Shown here in pieces: positions 1 to 10,895 of a stretch of DNA of 64,000 nt. This DNA comes from Lachnospiraceae bacterium. GTDB taxonomy: Bacteria; Bacillota; Clostridia; Lachnospirales; Lachnospiraceae. Location: the NCBI GenBank assembly GCA_045588655.1, contig JAZNEP010000007.1, positions 3,260 to 67,259 on the forward strand, given 5' to 3'. Position numbers and translations under genes: made by a program. Numbering within the stretch: position 1 is the first letter of the stretch; each line of letters starts with the position of its first letter. Below the pieces are notes generated by a model. The model did not search any database. It was not told the DNA's origin and saw only the letters and a program-made list of their open reading frames with translations.

Positions 1-508
1 GTCGTCTCATTTGGTGATATCGTCCATCCCAATTATTAAAGTCTCCTACAACGCTGACGCGAAGTGCGTTTGGTGCCCACACAGCAAAATATACGCCGGT
101 AATACCATCAATTGTTTTGACATGTGCACCAAGAAGATCATAAATAGAATAATGAATTCCACTATTAAACTTTTCGGTATCCTTTTTGGTGATTTGAGGC
201 TCGAAATTATATGGATCACATATTTCTTTTGTCAATCCATCTTCCATTTCAACTTCTATCGTATATTTCGTTTTATCACTTTTAGGAACAAGGACAGCAA
301 AAAATCCTTCTTCGTCTGCAAGTTCCATTTTGTAGCAACCTTTTTCTGTGATAACAGTTGCATGCACAGCGCCCGGATAAAAACATTGGATTAGCGTACC
401 TGTGCTCACCGTATGCGCACCAAGAATGCGATGCGGATCATCTTCTTCAGAATACACAATTCCTTCAATATCGGCCCAATTCATTAATTTGTATAGTTTT
501 TTTGTCAT
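1..508 (-). CDS. glgB: 1,4-alpha-glucan branching enzyme, N-terminal part (runs off window start)
   Basis: Reverse-strand translation starting at ATG ~508 gives MTKKLYKLMNWADIEGIVYSEEDDPHRILGAHTV..., typical GlgB N-terminus. SD GAGGTGGGAAT sits upstream. This ORF is not in the supplied track because it is truncated by the window edge. Confidence 0.6.
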   Translation of the reverse strand, partial: MTKKLYKLMNWADIEGIVYSEEDDPHRILGAHTVSTGTLIQCFYPGAVHATVITEKGCYKMELADEEGFFAVLVPKSDKTKYTIEVEMEDGLTKEICDPYNFEPQITKKDTEKFNSGIHYSIYDLLGAHVKTIDGITGVYFAVWAPNALRVSVVGDFNNWDGRYHQMRR

Positions 509-520
509 ATATTCCCACCT

Positions 521-1798
521 CTATTTTTGTAGGCTATGTATAAAAAGCCCGCTTCTGAGTTTCGGTTCAAACCATGTAGATTTAGGAGGCATAAGTAAAT
601 TTGCATCTGAGACAGCAAATAATTCTCCGATAGATGTCGGATACATTAAAAAAGCTACTTTGCAATCGGTTGCAACACGTTTCTCGAGTTCTGCAAGTCC
701 GCGGATACCTCCTACGAAATCAATTCTTTTATCTGTTTTCGGATCCTTAATACCAAGAACTGTATCAAGTAGATTATCTTGTAGCAAAGAAACATCAAGT
801 CCTTTGACAGGATCTTCTAATCGAAATTCAGGCTTGATAGTCAATTTATACCAGATACCATCTAAATACATGGAAACTTCGCCTTTGCATGAAGGTTTCA
901 GTAATGCGTCTTTTTCTTCTGTTGTTTTTTGACTATATAAGTCAGTGGATACAGGTGCGCAATCAAAGATTGCTTTTACCTTTTCAAGAAATTCTTCCGG
1001 AGAATATCCATTTAAATCTTTGACTACACGATTATAATCCATAATCATAAGCTGGTCATCCGGGAATAATACGGAAAGGAAACGGTTAAATTCTTCCGAA
1101 CCAGTGTAATTCGGATTTTCTTCACGGCGTTTCAGGGATACTTTTACAGCGGATGCACATCTATGATGTCCGTCTGCAATGTAAATCTCCTTAATATCTG
1201 CAAACGCCTGTTTAATTGTATCTACCTGTTTAGGATCATCGATAATCCAAACTTTATGTGTGACTTTGTCTTCTTTGGTAAAGTCATATACCGGTGTTTC
1301 AGTTTTTTTTGCAGCTACAATCGCATTAATTTCCTCTTTTGAACGATAGGCCAAAAAAATAGGTCCTGTCTGTGCATTGCAAATATCAACATGATTGATA
1401 CGATCGATTTCTTTGTCTGCTCTCGTGTTTTCGTGTTTTTTAATGACATTATTCAGATAATCGTCTACATCGGAAACGGCTACAATACCACTCTGACTTC
1501 TACCGTTCATGGTCAACTCATAAATATAGTAACAATCGGTGTTGTCTTGAATAAATTGGCCCTTTTCAATCATATCCCAAAGTATATCGTGTGCTTTTTG
1601 GTATACACAAGGGTCATAAGTGTCTACATTATCATCAAATTGTGTCTCTGCTCTGTCGATCTTTAAGAAGGATAATTCTTCTTGTGCAACCACCTCTTTT
1701 GCTTCTGCTCTGTTGTACACGTCGTATGGAAGTGCTGCAATCTTGTCTTCTAGACCTTTTTTTGGTCGAATAGCTTTAAATGGATGTATTCCTGCCAT
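521..1798 (-). CDS. DUF1015 family protein
   Basis: 425 aa ORF; N-terminus MAGIHPFKAIRPKK and overall architecture match DUF1015. ATG start with AAGGAG SD 7 nt upstream. Confidence 0.8.
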   Translation of the reverse strand: MAGIHPFKAIRPKKGLEDKIAALPYDVYNRAEAKEVVAQEELSFLKIDRAETQFDDNVDTYDPCVYQKAHDILWDMIEKGQFIQDNTDCYYIYELTMNGRSQSGIVAVSDVDDYLNNVIKKHENTRADKEIDRINHVDICNAQTGPIFLAYRSKEEINAIVAAKKTETPVYDFTKEDKVTHKVWIIDDPKQVDTIKQAFADIKEIYIADGHHRCASAVKVSLKRREENPNYTGSEEFNRFLSVLFPDDQLMIMDYNRVVKDLNGYSPEEFLEKVKAIFDCAPVSTDLYSQKTTEEKDALLKPSCKGEVSMYLDGIWYKLTIKPEFRLEDPVKGLDVSLLQDNLLDTVLGIKDPKTDKRIDFVGGIRGLAELEKRVATDCKVAFLMYPTSIGELFAVSDANLLMPPKSTWFEPKLRSGLFIHSLQK

Positions 1799-1981
1799 GA
1801 TGTTTATCTCCTTTTTGGTTTTCTTGTATATTATTTTGTATACGTATCAATCATGTGTGAAAATTTCTGTTTGGATTCGTCAGAAATATTTTACATATAA
1901 TATACGCTTTATATTTGCAATGAAATATATTTCATCATACAAGAATTATTATAGCAAATATAAAGATTTTCGTAAACATTT

Positions 1982-2010
1982 TTGACAGTTCTGAATGAAA
2001 ATGCTATGAT
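1982..2010 (+). promoter_or_regulatory. sigma-A-like promoter (TTGACA-17-TATGAT) for the small ORF at 2061
   Basis: TTGACAgttctgaatgaaaatgcTATGAT read directly; correct spacing; about 50 nt upstream of the ATG. Confidence 0.4.
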
Positions 2011-2060
2011 GTTTTTGGTAATGAGTTTAGAGTAGAATTTTGACAGAAGGAAGTGTGTTT

Positions 2061-2321
2061 ATGACAAACGATGATAAGATTTTTTTAGACCGTATTACAG
2101 AATTTGCAAATGAAGTGATGGTTGACATTGATCCAGACCCTCAGAAAACTCCAATTTCAGAGCAGCTCGAATATCTTAAGCCGATTATGGAAACGATTTC
2201 AAAGGAAACAGGTGAACCGGTGGAGGATGTATTTATTCGATATATGGATTTGGCTTCAGAGGCCGCCGTACAAAAACAGCAAAAATTTAAAGCGGATTAT
2301 ATGGACTTTGATATAAAATAA
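2061..2321 (+). CDS. small acidic hypothetical protein (86 aa; alternative start 2040)
   Basis: ORF MTNDDKIFLDRITEF... with GAAGGAAG SD; followed by an intrinsic terminator. No family recognised. Confidence 0.45.
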   Translation: MTNDDKIFLDRITEFANEVMVDIDPDPQKTPISEQLEYLKPIMETISKETGEPVEDVFIRYMDLASEAAVQKQQKFKADYMDFDIK

Positions 2322-2331
2322 AAGAAAAAAT

Positions 2332-2386
2332 AAGCGATAACATGAGTGCAAAAACTACACTATGTTATCGCTTGTTTTTTCTTTTT
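2332..2386. terminator. bidirectional rho-independent terminator between the small ORF (+) and serA (-)
   Basis: AAGCGATAACAT ... ATGTTATCGCTT 12-bp inverted repeat flanked by A-run on the left and T-run on the right. Confidence 0.6.
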
Positions 2387-2423
2387 ATGTATGAAATAAA
2401 AATTCAAATCTATCTAATTTGTA

Positions 2424-3587
2424 TTATTTCACAACACGAATTCGAATTACACCGTCAATAGCGGATAATTTCGAAACCATTTCATCGGTTACCGGTGACT
2501 CTACATCGAGCATGGTGTATCCGTATTCACCTTTTGATTTATTTGCCATATCTGTGATATTGATTCCCTGATCACCAAATGTAGCTGTAAACTTTGTAAT
2601 CATGTTTGCAATATTTTTGTGGAAAATTGCTACACGACCAGCCTGATTACATACACCCATGTCAAGTCTCGGGAAGTTTACACTATTAATTATGTTACCA
2701 TTTTCAAGGTAGTTCATCATCTCTTTCACTGCCATTTTAGCACAGTTATCTTCAGATTCCTCTGTAGATGCTCCAAGATGAGGAATTACAATACAACCCT
2801 CTTTTCCAACTGTAGTCGGATTTGGAAAATCAGTAACATATTTGCGAATCTTACCATTTTCGATACCTTCTAAGATATCTGTTTCATTTGCAAGAAGATC
2901 TCTTGCGAAGTTGAGAATCACAACACCATCTTTCATCTTTTCGATGGCTTCTTTGTTAATCATACCCTTTGTACTGTCAAGAAGTGGAACATGAACAGTG
3001 ATAAAATCACATTTTTCATAAATCTCATCTACATTCAATACATGTTTGATATCACGACTTAAATTCCATGCTGCATCTACAGATACATATGGGTCATAAC
3101 CGTATACTTCCATACCAAAGTGTTTTGCAGTGTTCGCTACCTTTACACCGATGGCGCCAAGACCGATAACACCGAGCTTTTTGTCCTGTAATTCTGTACC
3201 GGCAAATTTTTTCTTTTCTTTTTCAGCATCTTTTGCTACATTCTCATTTTCTGTCTGTGCTTTTACCCACTCAATACCACCAACAACATCACGGGAAGCA
3301 AGTAGCATACCTGCAAAAACTAGTTCTTTTACTCCGTTTGCATTTGCACCAGGTGTATTGAATACTACAATACCTTTTTCAGCACATTTGTCGAGTGGAA
3401 TGTTGTTTACGCCCGCTCCGGCTCTTGCAACAGCAAGAAGATTGTCGGAAAGCTCCATCTCATGCATAGAAGCACTTCTTACCAGAATACCTTCCGCAGC
3501 ATTAACATCTTCTGTCTTTTTAAAATTGTCTTTGAATTTAGCAAGACCAACCTGTGCGATTGGATTTAAACAATAATATTTAAACAT
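2424..3587 (-). CDS. serA: D-3-phosphoglycerate dehydrogenase (2-hydroxyacid dehydrogenase fold plus C-terminal ACT domain)
   Basis: 387 aa; NAD-binding GLGAIGVKVA motif; C-terminal ACT-like region; directly downstream of serC. Confidence 0.85.
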   Translation of the reverse strand: MFKYYCLNPIAQVGLAKFKDNFKKTEDVNAAEGILVRSASMHEMELSDNLLAVARAGAGVNNIPLDKCAEKGIVVFNTPGANANGVKELVFAGMLLASRDVVGGIEWVKAQTENENVAKDAEKEKKKFAGTELQDKKLGVIGLGAIGVKVANTAKHFGMEVYGYDPYVSVDAAWNLSRDIKHVLNVDEIYEKCDFITVHVPLLDSTKGMINKEAIEKMKDGVVILNFARDLLANETDILEGIENGKIRKYVTDFPNPTTVGKEGCIVIPHLGASTEESEDNCAKMAVKEMMNYLENGNIINSVNFPRLDMGVCNQAGRVAIFHKNIANMITKFTATFGDQGINITDMANKSKGEYGYTMLDVESPVTDEMVSKLSAIDGVIRIRVVK

Positions 3588-3604
3588 GTCTCTTCCTCTT
3601 TTCC

Positions 3605-4687
3605 TTATGCGTTGTTTGCTTCAAACTCTTTCATAAATGCAACTAATTTTTCAACACCTTCGATTGGCATTGCATTGTAAATACTCGCTCTCATACCGCC
3701 AACAGATCTGTGACCTTTTAAGTTTTCAAAGCCAGCTTCCTTTGCTTCTTTGATAAACTTAGCATCAAGCTCATCACTTCCGGTAATAAACGGAACATTC
3801 ATAAGTGAACGGTCTTCTTTGCGCACAGTTCCTTTAAAAAGCTTTGACTCATCAAGGAAATCATAAAGTACAGCAGCTTTTTTCTCGTTGTATTCTTTCA
3901 TTGCCGCAAGACCGCCCTGTTTTTTAATCCATTTAAACACTTTACCACAGATATAAATACCATATGCAGGCGGTGTGTTATATAATGATTCATTGTCTGC
4001 ATGAATCTTGTATTTAAGCATGGTTGGTGTGCCAGGTAGCACATCATCTGTAATAAGGTCTTCACGAATAATTGCTATTACAACACCGGCAGGTCCAATG
4101 TTTTTCTGTACCCCACCATAAATCACGCCATATTTTTCAACATCCATAGGCTCTGATAAAAAGCAAGATGATACGTCTGAAATCAAAAGATGACCTTTGG
4201 TATTTGGTAATTCTTTGAATTTTGTACCATAAATGGTATTGTTTTCGCAAATATATACATAATCTACATCATCCGGAATATCCAGATCAGAACAATCAGG
4301 AATATAAGAGAATGTTTCATCTGCAGATGATGCAAGTTCAATCGCTTCTCCATAAATTTTTGCTTCCTGATACGCTTTTTTTGCCCACTGTCCTGTTACA
4401 ATATAGCCGGCTTTCTTATTTTTCATAAAATTCATTGGGATCATAGCAAACTGCTGGCTTGCTCCACCCTGTAAAAATAATACTTTATAATTATCAGGAA
4501 TGTTCAGAAGATCTCTTAAATCAGCTTCCGCTTCTTTGATAATGTTATCGTAAGTTTTGGAACGATGGCTCATTTCCATAACCGACATTCCGCTTCCTCT
4601 GTAATCTAACATTTCTTCTGCAGCTTCTTTTAATACTTCTTCAGGTAAAACTGCCGGACCTGCTGAAAAGTTATAAACTCTAGACAT
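3605..4687 (-). CDS. serC: phosphoserine aminotransferase
   Basis: MSRVYNFSAGPAVLPEEVL... class-V aminotransferase. Start moved to the internal ATG (M19 of track ORF), which has a GAGGAGACAAGAGGAA SD. Confidence 0.9.
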   Translation of the reverse strand: MSRVYNFSAGPAVLPEEVLKEAAEEMLDYRGSGMSVMEMSHRSKTYDNIIKEAEADLRDLLNIPDNYKVLFLQGGASQQFAMIPMNFMKNKKAGYIVTGQWAKKAYQEAKIYGEAIELASSADETFSYIPDCSDLDIPDDVDYVYICENNTIYGTKFKELPNTKGHLLISDVSSCFLSEPMDVEKYGVIYGGVQKNIGPAGVVIAIIREDLITDDVLPGTPTMLKYKIHADNESLYNTPPAYGIYICGKVFKWIKKQGGLAAMKEYNEKKAAVLYDFLDESKLFKGTVRKEDRSLMNVPFITGSDELDAKFIKEAKEAGFENLKGHRSVGGMRASIYNAMPIEGVEKLVAFMKEFEANNA

Positions 4688-4808
4688 TTCCTCTTGTCTC
4701 CTCTCTTTGATTCCGAAAACATACTTGTGTTTTCGACACATTTAAACTATATTTTACATTTTATACTTTAATACGTCAACGTGTTTTGATAAAAAATTCA
4801 CACGCATG

Positions 4809-6227
4809 CTAATAAAAGATAATAACCGGAGTACCGATTTCAACCATTTCATACAATTTGCTGACTACTTTAATCGGGGTATTGATACATCCGTGAGAAC
4901 CGTTCGTTTTATAAATAGTTCCACCAAACTTGCCACGCCAATTTGCATCATGTATTCCGACACCACCATATACAGGCATCCAATAACTAACCGGGGTCGC
5001 ATAATCTTCTCCGCGTAAAATACGGTTCCGCTGTTTTGCATAAACAAAACATACTTTCTGCGGTGTCCCCCTTCCAAGGGATGTGTTACCGGTAACAACA
5101 GGGGTTTCAATAATCTTATTCCCTTTTTTGTAGTAGTACATGGTCTGATTGGTCAGATCCACTTCTATATAGGTGTTGCCGATATCATCCGTGTTGTAGA
5201 TATTTGTAAAGGAGTTCTGTGATAATTCAGGTGTACGAGTCACTTGTGCTTTACGTCCAATTACATTCATCAAATATTCCAGTTCTGCCTTCTCATCCAA
5301 TTTCACGCCATATGTTCCGGTCTCTACAATGACCGTATCACCTCGTGTGGTATGAAACTTTCGTGGCTTATTTACAGTATTGTATTTTTCTGCTAACGAT
5401 GCCACATATTCTTTAACCTTCTTTTCGTCAAGATAAAAAGAGCCGCTTTCATCAAAGAGAAATTCACCGTTTTCATCGACAGCAATAAAATCACTGATAA
5501 CAGAACCGTCTATAAATTCTGTTCTATCGCCGAATTCATAGGTTACGGTAGATTCCACATATTGGGCCAGTGATTCCCACATTTTAACAGCCTCTTTCAT
5601 TTGACTGGTGTGGTCAACCTCAATATAACAACCTTGTTCATATAAATCAATTTCAAAGATGCCGTTATTTAAGTTTTCTTCAATCGCTGTAACCGCTTTT
5701 TCGTGACTTAGTAGATTTTTAGTTTCATCATACAAATAATATCCACTTTTATCTTTTCGAATTTCGACAATTTTATCTTTGGGATCTGAGTTATCCGCCA
5801 AATATTCTGCATGATCAAGATAGTCTCTAAGTGTCTTGGTGTCATACGAAGTCTCTGGCTGAAGATTTTGGTCTTCAAACGATACTTCTTCACCAAATAA
5901 CCATTGAAAAAATCGGATTACAGACTGCTCTTTATGAATCTGTTCTAATTGTTTTAAATAATCCTGTTCATACTGGATTTCTTCTAAAGAAAAGGAATAA
6001 ACATTTCCGTCTTTATCAGTTACGGTATACTCCGGACATATGGTGTCTTTTTTTAATTCTTCATTAACTTCAGCCGGCGTGTGATCGGAAATATAAAATC
6101 CATTAACAAAAAGACCGGGCATAAATGTGTCTCTGTATTGGTATTTCACTACGCCGTAACAACCACCGACCACCATTAAAGGAAAAAGCACAAAAATACT
6201 AAGTATTATCCAAATCGCTTTTTTCAT
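4809..6227 (-). CDS. L,D-transpeptidase family protein (YkuD catalytic domain) with signal anchor and large N-terminal domain
   Basis: C-terminal ...GTPQKVCFVY...GIHDANWRGKFGG...SHGCINTP... (SHGC active-site motif); N-terminal hydrophobic segment. Confidence 0.8.
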   Translation of the reverse strand: MKKAIWIILSIFVLFPLMVVGGCYGVVKYQYRDTFMPGLFVNGFYISDHTPAEVNEELKKDTICPEYTVTDKDGNVYSFSLEEIQYEQDYLKQLEQIHKEQSVIRFFQWLFGEEVSFEDQNLQPETSYDTKTLRDYLDHAEYLADNSDPKDKIVEIRKDKSGYYLYDETKNLLSHEKAVTAIEENLNNGIFEIDLYEQGCYIEVDHTSQMKEAVKMWESLAQYVESTVTYEFGDRTEFIDGSVISDFIAVDENGEFLFDESGSFYLDEKKVKEYVASLAEKYNTVNKPRKFHTTRGDTVIVETGTYGVKLDEKAELEYLMNVIGRKAQVTRTPELSQNSFTNIYNTDDIGNTYIEVDLTNQTMYYYKKGNKIIETPVVTGNTSLGRGTPQKVCFVYAKQRNRILRGEDYATPVSYWMPVYGGVGIHDANWRGKFGGTIYKTNGSHGCINTPIKVVSKLYEMVEIGTPVIIFY

Positions 6228-6272
6228 ATGCTATCCTATTTCACTTTTATCTAATACGTATTTCATAATATA

Positions 6273-7946
6273 TTATTTATTCAAATCTTTTTCATCAAAT
6301 ACCTGATCAATCGGTTGTCCGGCAGGAACCATTGGGAACACTTTATCATCCGGATCAATAACGCATTCAATGAGTGTAGGTTTGCGGTTTGCAATGGCTG
6401 TTTTTACTACATCAAGCACTTCTTCTTTTTTGGTAACTCGATATGCATCACAGCCGAGACCTTCTGCTACCTTACAGTAATCTACTTTGTCCTGTAACAC
6501 TGTCTGAGAATATCTGTGATCATAGAATAAAGTCTGCCACTGTCTTACCATACCAAGTACGGAGTTGTTAATAACAACCTGTACAATCGGAATATTATAA
6601 CGACTTGCAGTTGCAAGCTCATTCATATTCATACGAAAACAACCATCACCTGCAATGTTAATTACTGTTTTGTCAGGATTTCCAACTGCAGCACCAATAC
6701 ATGCGCCAAGACCATAACCCATGGTTCCGAGTCCACCGGAGCTTAAGAAGGTACGTGGCTTGGTATAGTGATAATACTGTGCGGCCCACATCTGATGTTG
6801 TCCTACATCGGTAGTAATTACTGCATTTCCTTCGGTTGCCTTATCAATCTGCTCAATAACATAAGGACAAGTCAGAACCTCCGTGTTATAACCAAGTGGG
6901 AAGGTTTCTTTTAATTCTAAAATCCGAGCTTTCCACTGTGGATGCGCTTTTTGTGACAGTTTTGAATTAATCGCATTCAGTGCATCTTTGAGATCTCCGA
7001 TAACCGATGCATCGGTGCGGATGTTTTTATTGATTTCCGCAGCATCTATATCGATATGTACGATTTTGGCTTTGGATGCAAAGGTATTAGGATTTCCGAT
7101 AACACGGTCTGAGAAGCGCGCACCGAGCGCAATCAGAAGATCACATTCGGAAACACCCAGATTGGAGGCTTTTGTACCATGCATACCAATCATACCGGTA
7201 TACATTTCATCATATCCGTTAAAGGCACCTTTTCCCATTAGTGTATCGCAAACCGGACAATCCAGTTTCTTTGCAAGCTCTGCAACCTGCTGAGATGCTC
7301 CGGAAAGAACCACTCCACCCCCGATATACATATACGGTTTTTCAGCCTGTTCCATTAGAGCAACGACTGCATCTATATCGGCTTCTGTAAAACAGTTTTC
7401 GTATTCCGGTTCCTGCGCAGGTTCGTAGGTATATTCACAAGTATTGGCTGTAACATCCTTTGTAATATCGACAAGTACAGGTCCCGGTCTTCCGCTTTTA
7501 GCAATTTTAAATGCTTTACGAATGGTCGGAGCAAGTTCATTGATATCTTTTACAATATAGCCATGCTTTGTGATTGGCATTGTGACACCTGCAATATCCA
7601 CTTCTTGGAAAGAGTCTTTTCCAAGTGCAGGAAGATTAACATTTGCTGTGATTGCTACAACAGGAATGCTGTCCATGTATGCTGTCGCAATACCTGTGAC
7701 AAGGTTGGTGGCACCGGGACCGCTGGTAGCCATACATACACCGACTTTCCCTGTCGATCTGGCATATCCATCCGCTGCATGTGCTGCACCTTGTTCGTGT
7801 GATGTTAAAACATGTTTGATTTCATCTGAATGTTTATAAAGAGCGTCATAAATATTTAAGATAGTTCCACCCGGATATCCAAACACGGTATCAACACCCT
7901 GTTCTTTAAGACATTCTATAACAATTTCTGATCCAGTCAGCTGCAT
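6273..7946 (-). CDS. ilvB: acetolactate synthase, large (catalytic) subunit
   Basis: ThDP enzyme motifs GYPGGTILNIYDAL and TSGPGATNLVTG. Start set at MQLTG (GGGAGG SD 9 nt upstream). No small-subunit gene follows it. Confidence 0.9.
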   Translation of the reverse strand: MQLTGSEIVIECLKEQGVDTVFGYPGGTILNIYDALYKHSDEIKHVLTSHEQGAAHAADGYARSTGKVGVCMATSGPGATNLVTGIATAYMDSIPVVAITANVNLPALGKDSFQEVDIAGVTMPITKHGYIVKDINELAPTIRKAFKIAKSGRPGPVLVDITKDVTANTCEYTYEPAQEPEYENCFTEADIDAVVALMEQAEKPYMYIGGGVVLSGASQQVAELAKKLDCPVCDTLMGKGAFNGYDEMYTGMIGMHGTKASNLGVSECDLLIALGARFSDRVIGNPNTFASKAKIVHIDIDAAEINKNIRTDASVIGDLKDALNAINSKLSQKAHPQWKARILELKETFPLGYNTEVLTCPYVIEQIDKATEGNAVITTDVGQHQMWAAQYYHYTKPRTFLSSGGLGTMGYGLGACIGAAVGNPDKTVINIAGDGCFRMNMNELATASRYNIPIVQVVINNSVLGMVRQWQTLFYDHRYSQTVLQDKVDYCKVAEGLGCDAYRVTKKEEVLDVVKTAIANRKPTLIECVIDPDDKVFPMVPAGQPIDQVFDEKDLNK

Positions 7947-7974
7947 AAAATCTTTACCTCCCAATTATGTATCC

Positions 7975-9648
7975 TTAGTTGTTCTTCGGTACTTCAAGGA
8001 TGGCTCCTCTGTTACCGCTTGTTACCATCTCACGGTATCTTGAAAGATAGCCGGATGTAACTTTTGGCTCTCTAGGTGTCCAAGAAGCTTTTCGGTTTGC
8101 CATTTCCTCTTCGGAAACATCAATGTCAAGTGTCATTGCAGGGATGTTAATCTTGATGATGTCACCTTCCTGAACAAGTGCGATAGGTCCACCCACCGCT
8201 GCTTCCGGTGAAACATGTCCAATAGAAGCACCTCTGGATGCACCGGAAAATCTTCCGTCTGTAATAAGTGCTACAGAAGAACCAAGTCCCATACCTGCGA
8301 TTGCTGAAGTTGGATTTAACATTTCACGCATACCAGGTCCGCCTTTTGGTCCTTCGTATCGGATTACAACGACATCTCCTGCTACGATTTTACCGCCTGT
8401 AATTGCTGCGATTGCATCTTCTTCACAATCAAATACTCTGGCCGGTCCTTCGTGTACCATCATTTCTTCTACAACTGCAGAACGTTTTACAACACTTCCG
8501 TCCGGAGCCAGATTTCCTTTTAATACAGCAAGACCACCAGTTTTGCTATATGGATTGGAATTTGGACGAATAACTTCTTCGTTTTTGTTTGTTACACCAC
8601 TGATACATTCACCGATTGTTTTACCTGATACGGTCATACAATCTGTATTTAAAAGTCCAAGCTCTGCCAGTTGGTTCATTACTGCGTATACACCACCAGC
8701 TTCGTTAAGATCTTCCATGTAAGTCGGACCAGCTGGTGCAAGGTGACAAAGATTTGGTGTTTTTTCACTAATATCATTTGCAAATGCAATATCAAAATCA
8801 AAACCGATTTCATGCGCAATTGCAGGAAGATGAAGCATACTGTTTGTGGAACATCCAAGTGCCATATCTACTGTAAGTGCATTTAAAATAGCCTCTTTTG
8901 TCATGATATCTCTTGGGCGGATATCTTTTCTGTACATTTCCATTACAGCCATGCCTGCATGTTTTGCAAGTTTAATACGTTCAGAATACACGGCTGGAAT
9001 CGTACCATTTCCTGCAAGCCCCATACCGAGTGCTTCTGTCAGACAGTTCATGGAGTTCGCTGTGTACATTCCTGAACAGGAACCACAGGTAGGACATACC
9101 TTTTCCTCAAATTCACGTACCTGTTCTTCTGTCATAGAACCGGCCGCATGAGCACCTACTGCTTCAAACATAGATGACAGGCTGCGTTTTTGTCCGTTGA
9201 CACGTCCTGCAAGCATTGGACCACCTGAAACAAATACAGTCGGAACATTTACTCTGGCTGCGGCCATCAAAAGTCCCGGTACGTTTTTATCACAGTTTGG
9301 AACCATAACAAGTGCATCAAACTGGTGAGCAAGCGCCATACACTCTGTAGAGTCTGCAATCAAATCTCTCGTCACCAGGGAATATTTCATTCCCACATGT
9401 CCCATTGCAATACCATCACATACCGCAATTGCCGGAAATACAACCGGAACACCACCGGCCTGTGCAACACCGAGCTTAACTGCTTCCACAATCTTATCTA
9501 GATTCATATGTCCCGGTACAATTTCATTATATGAGCTGACAATACCAACAAGTGGTTTGTCCATTTCTTCCTGTGTCATTCCTAGCGCATTCAATAAAGA
9601 TCTGTGTGGCGCCTGTTTCATACCTTTTTTGATGTTATCACTTTTCAT
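7975..9648 (-). CDS. ilvD: dihydroxy-acid dehydratase
   Basis: 557 aa ILVD/EDD family; CDGIAMGH and Fe-S cysteine motifs; AGGAGG SD. Confidence 0.95.
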   Translation of the reverse strand: MKSDNIKKGMKQAPHRSLLNALGMTQEEMDKPLVGIVSSYNEIVPGHMNLDKIVEAVKLGVAQAGGVPVVFPAIAVCDGIAMGHVGMKYSLVTRDLIADSTECMALAHQFDALVMVPNCDKNVPGLLMAAARVNVPTVFVSGGPMLAGRVNGQKRSLSSMFEAVGAHAAGSMTEEQVREFEEKVCPTCGSCSGMYTANSMNCLTEALGMGLAGNGTIPAVYSERIKLAKHAGMAVMEMYRKDIRPRDIMTKEAILNALTVDMALGCSTNSMLHLPAIAHEIGFDFDIAFANDISEKTPNLCHLAPAGPTYMEDLNEAGGVYAVMNQLAELGLLNTDCMTVSGKTIGECISGVTNKNEEVIRPNSNPYSKTGGLAVLKGNLAPDGSVVKRSAVVEEMMVHEGPARVFDCEEDAIAAITGGKIVAGDVVVIRYEGPKGGPGMREMLNPTSAIAGMGLGSSVALITDGRFSGASRGASIGHVSPEAAVGGPIALVQEGDIIKINIPAMTLDIDVSEEEMANRKASWTPREPKVTSGYLSRYREMVTSGNRGAILEVPKNN

Positions 9649-9665
9649 CTTTTTTGCCTCCTACT

Positions 9666-10772
9666 TTATTTCGTGATTCTTTCACAAATCAGATCACCCA
9701 TTTTTACTGTTCCGACCTGAGTCACCTGTTTTTTACCTTCTTCATTCTGTGGCATAATATCAATGGTTCGATATCCTTCTGTGAGTACCTGTTTTACCGC
9801 ACTATCAATTGCATCAGCTTCTTTATCCAGATCAAAGGTATAGCGAAGCATCATAGATGCACTAAGAATGGTAGCAATTGGATTTGCAATTCCCTGTCCT
9901 GCAATATCCGGAGCAGATCCACCACTTGGTTCATACAGACCAAACTTGGTATCATTTAAGCTCGCAGAAGCCAGCATTCCGATGGAACCGGTTACCATAC
10001 TTGCTTCATCAGAAAGAATGTCACCAAACATATTTTCCGTTAGAATGACGTCAAACTGGGCAGGATCTTTCACAAGCTGCATCGCACAGTTATCAACTAA
10101 CATATGTTCAAGGGTTACATCCGGATAGTCTTTTGCCACTTCCTCAACGATTTTTCTCCAAAGTCTGGAAGAATCAAGTACATTTGCTTTATCAACGCTC
10201 GTCACTTTCTGACGACGTTTTCTTGCAATATCAAAACCTTTGATAGCGATTCTACGAATTTCATTCTCAGAATATGTAAGTGTATCAATGGCTTTTAGCT
10301 CTCCGTTTTCCTCAAAAGTCTTTCTTTCACCAAAGTACAAACCGCCTGTCAGTTCTCGCATAATCATCATGTCAAACCCTTTTTCACTGATTTCTGTTTT
10401 GAGCGGACAAGCTGCTGCGAGTTCTTCATAAAGAACGGCAGGTCTTAAATTTGCAAATAAATTTAATGCTTTGCGGATTTTTAATAAACCAGCTTCCGGA
10501 CGTTTTTCCGGTGGAAGCTTATACCATGGAGATGTTTGTGTGTTACCTCCAATAGATCCCATAAGCACTGCATCCGCAGATTTTGCAGTTGCAATCGCTT
10601 CTTCTGTAAGAGGAACTCCATGTACATCGATAGATGCTCCTCCCATTAAAATATCTTCAAAATTTATCTCATGTCCATAAACAGAAGCTACCTTTTCAAG
10701 TACTTTCTTTGCTTCTGTAACAACTTCCGGTCCGATACCGTCACCCGGAATACATACGACATTCATATTCAT
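9666..10772 (-). CDS. leuB: 3-isopropylmalate dehydrogenase
   Basis: [17 protein letters not shown]...; isocitrate/isopropylmalate DH family, about 368 aa. Start at internal ATG with GGAGG SD. Confidence 0.9.
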   Translation of the reverse strand: MNMNVVCIPGDGIGPEVVTEAKKVLEKVASVYGHEINFEDILMGGASIDVHGVPLTEEAIATAKSADAVLMGSIGGNTQTSPWYKLPPEKRPEAGLLKIRKALNLFANLRPAVLYEELAAACPLKTEISEKGFDMMIMRELTGGLYFGERKTFEENGELKAIDTLTYSENEIRRIAIKGFDIARKRRQKVTSVDKANVLDSSRLWRKIVEEVAKDYPDVTLEHMLVDNCAMQLVKDPAQFDVILTENMFGDILSDEASMVTGSIGMLASASLNDTKFGLYEPSGGSAPDIAGQGIANPIATILSASMMLRYTFDLDKEADAIDSAVKQVLTEGYRTIDIMPQNEEGKKQVTQVGTVKMGDLICERITK

Positions 10773-10895
10773 GCTAAAATTCCTCCTGACTCTGATTTTC
10801 AACTATCTACTAGTTTACATGAAAACACTTTTAATATCAATCAATTTTATACCAAAACGGTCTACTATAACTATTATGTATAACGGATATGCTCA

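Noticed and set aside
11-932. Plus-strand ORFs 11..394, 358..543 and 402..932 from the supplied track
   Set aside because: They lie antisense to a well-supported glgB 5' end and to the DUF1015 gene. They have no SD and low-complexity composition, so they are shadow ORFs.
3130-3576. 148-aa plus-strand ORF inside serA, plus many similar 60-150 aa antisense ORFs (e.g. 7570..7839, 13129..13473, 31492..32427, 41722..42093, 56305..56673)
   Set aside because: They are fully embedded antisense to genes with strong homology signals. Their composition is typical of reverse-frame artefacts (Ser/Ala/Pro-rich).
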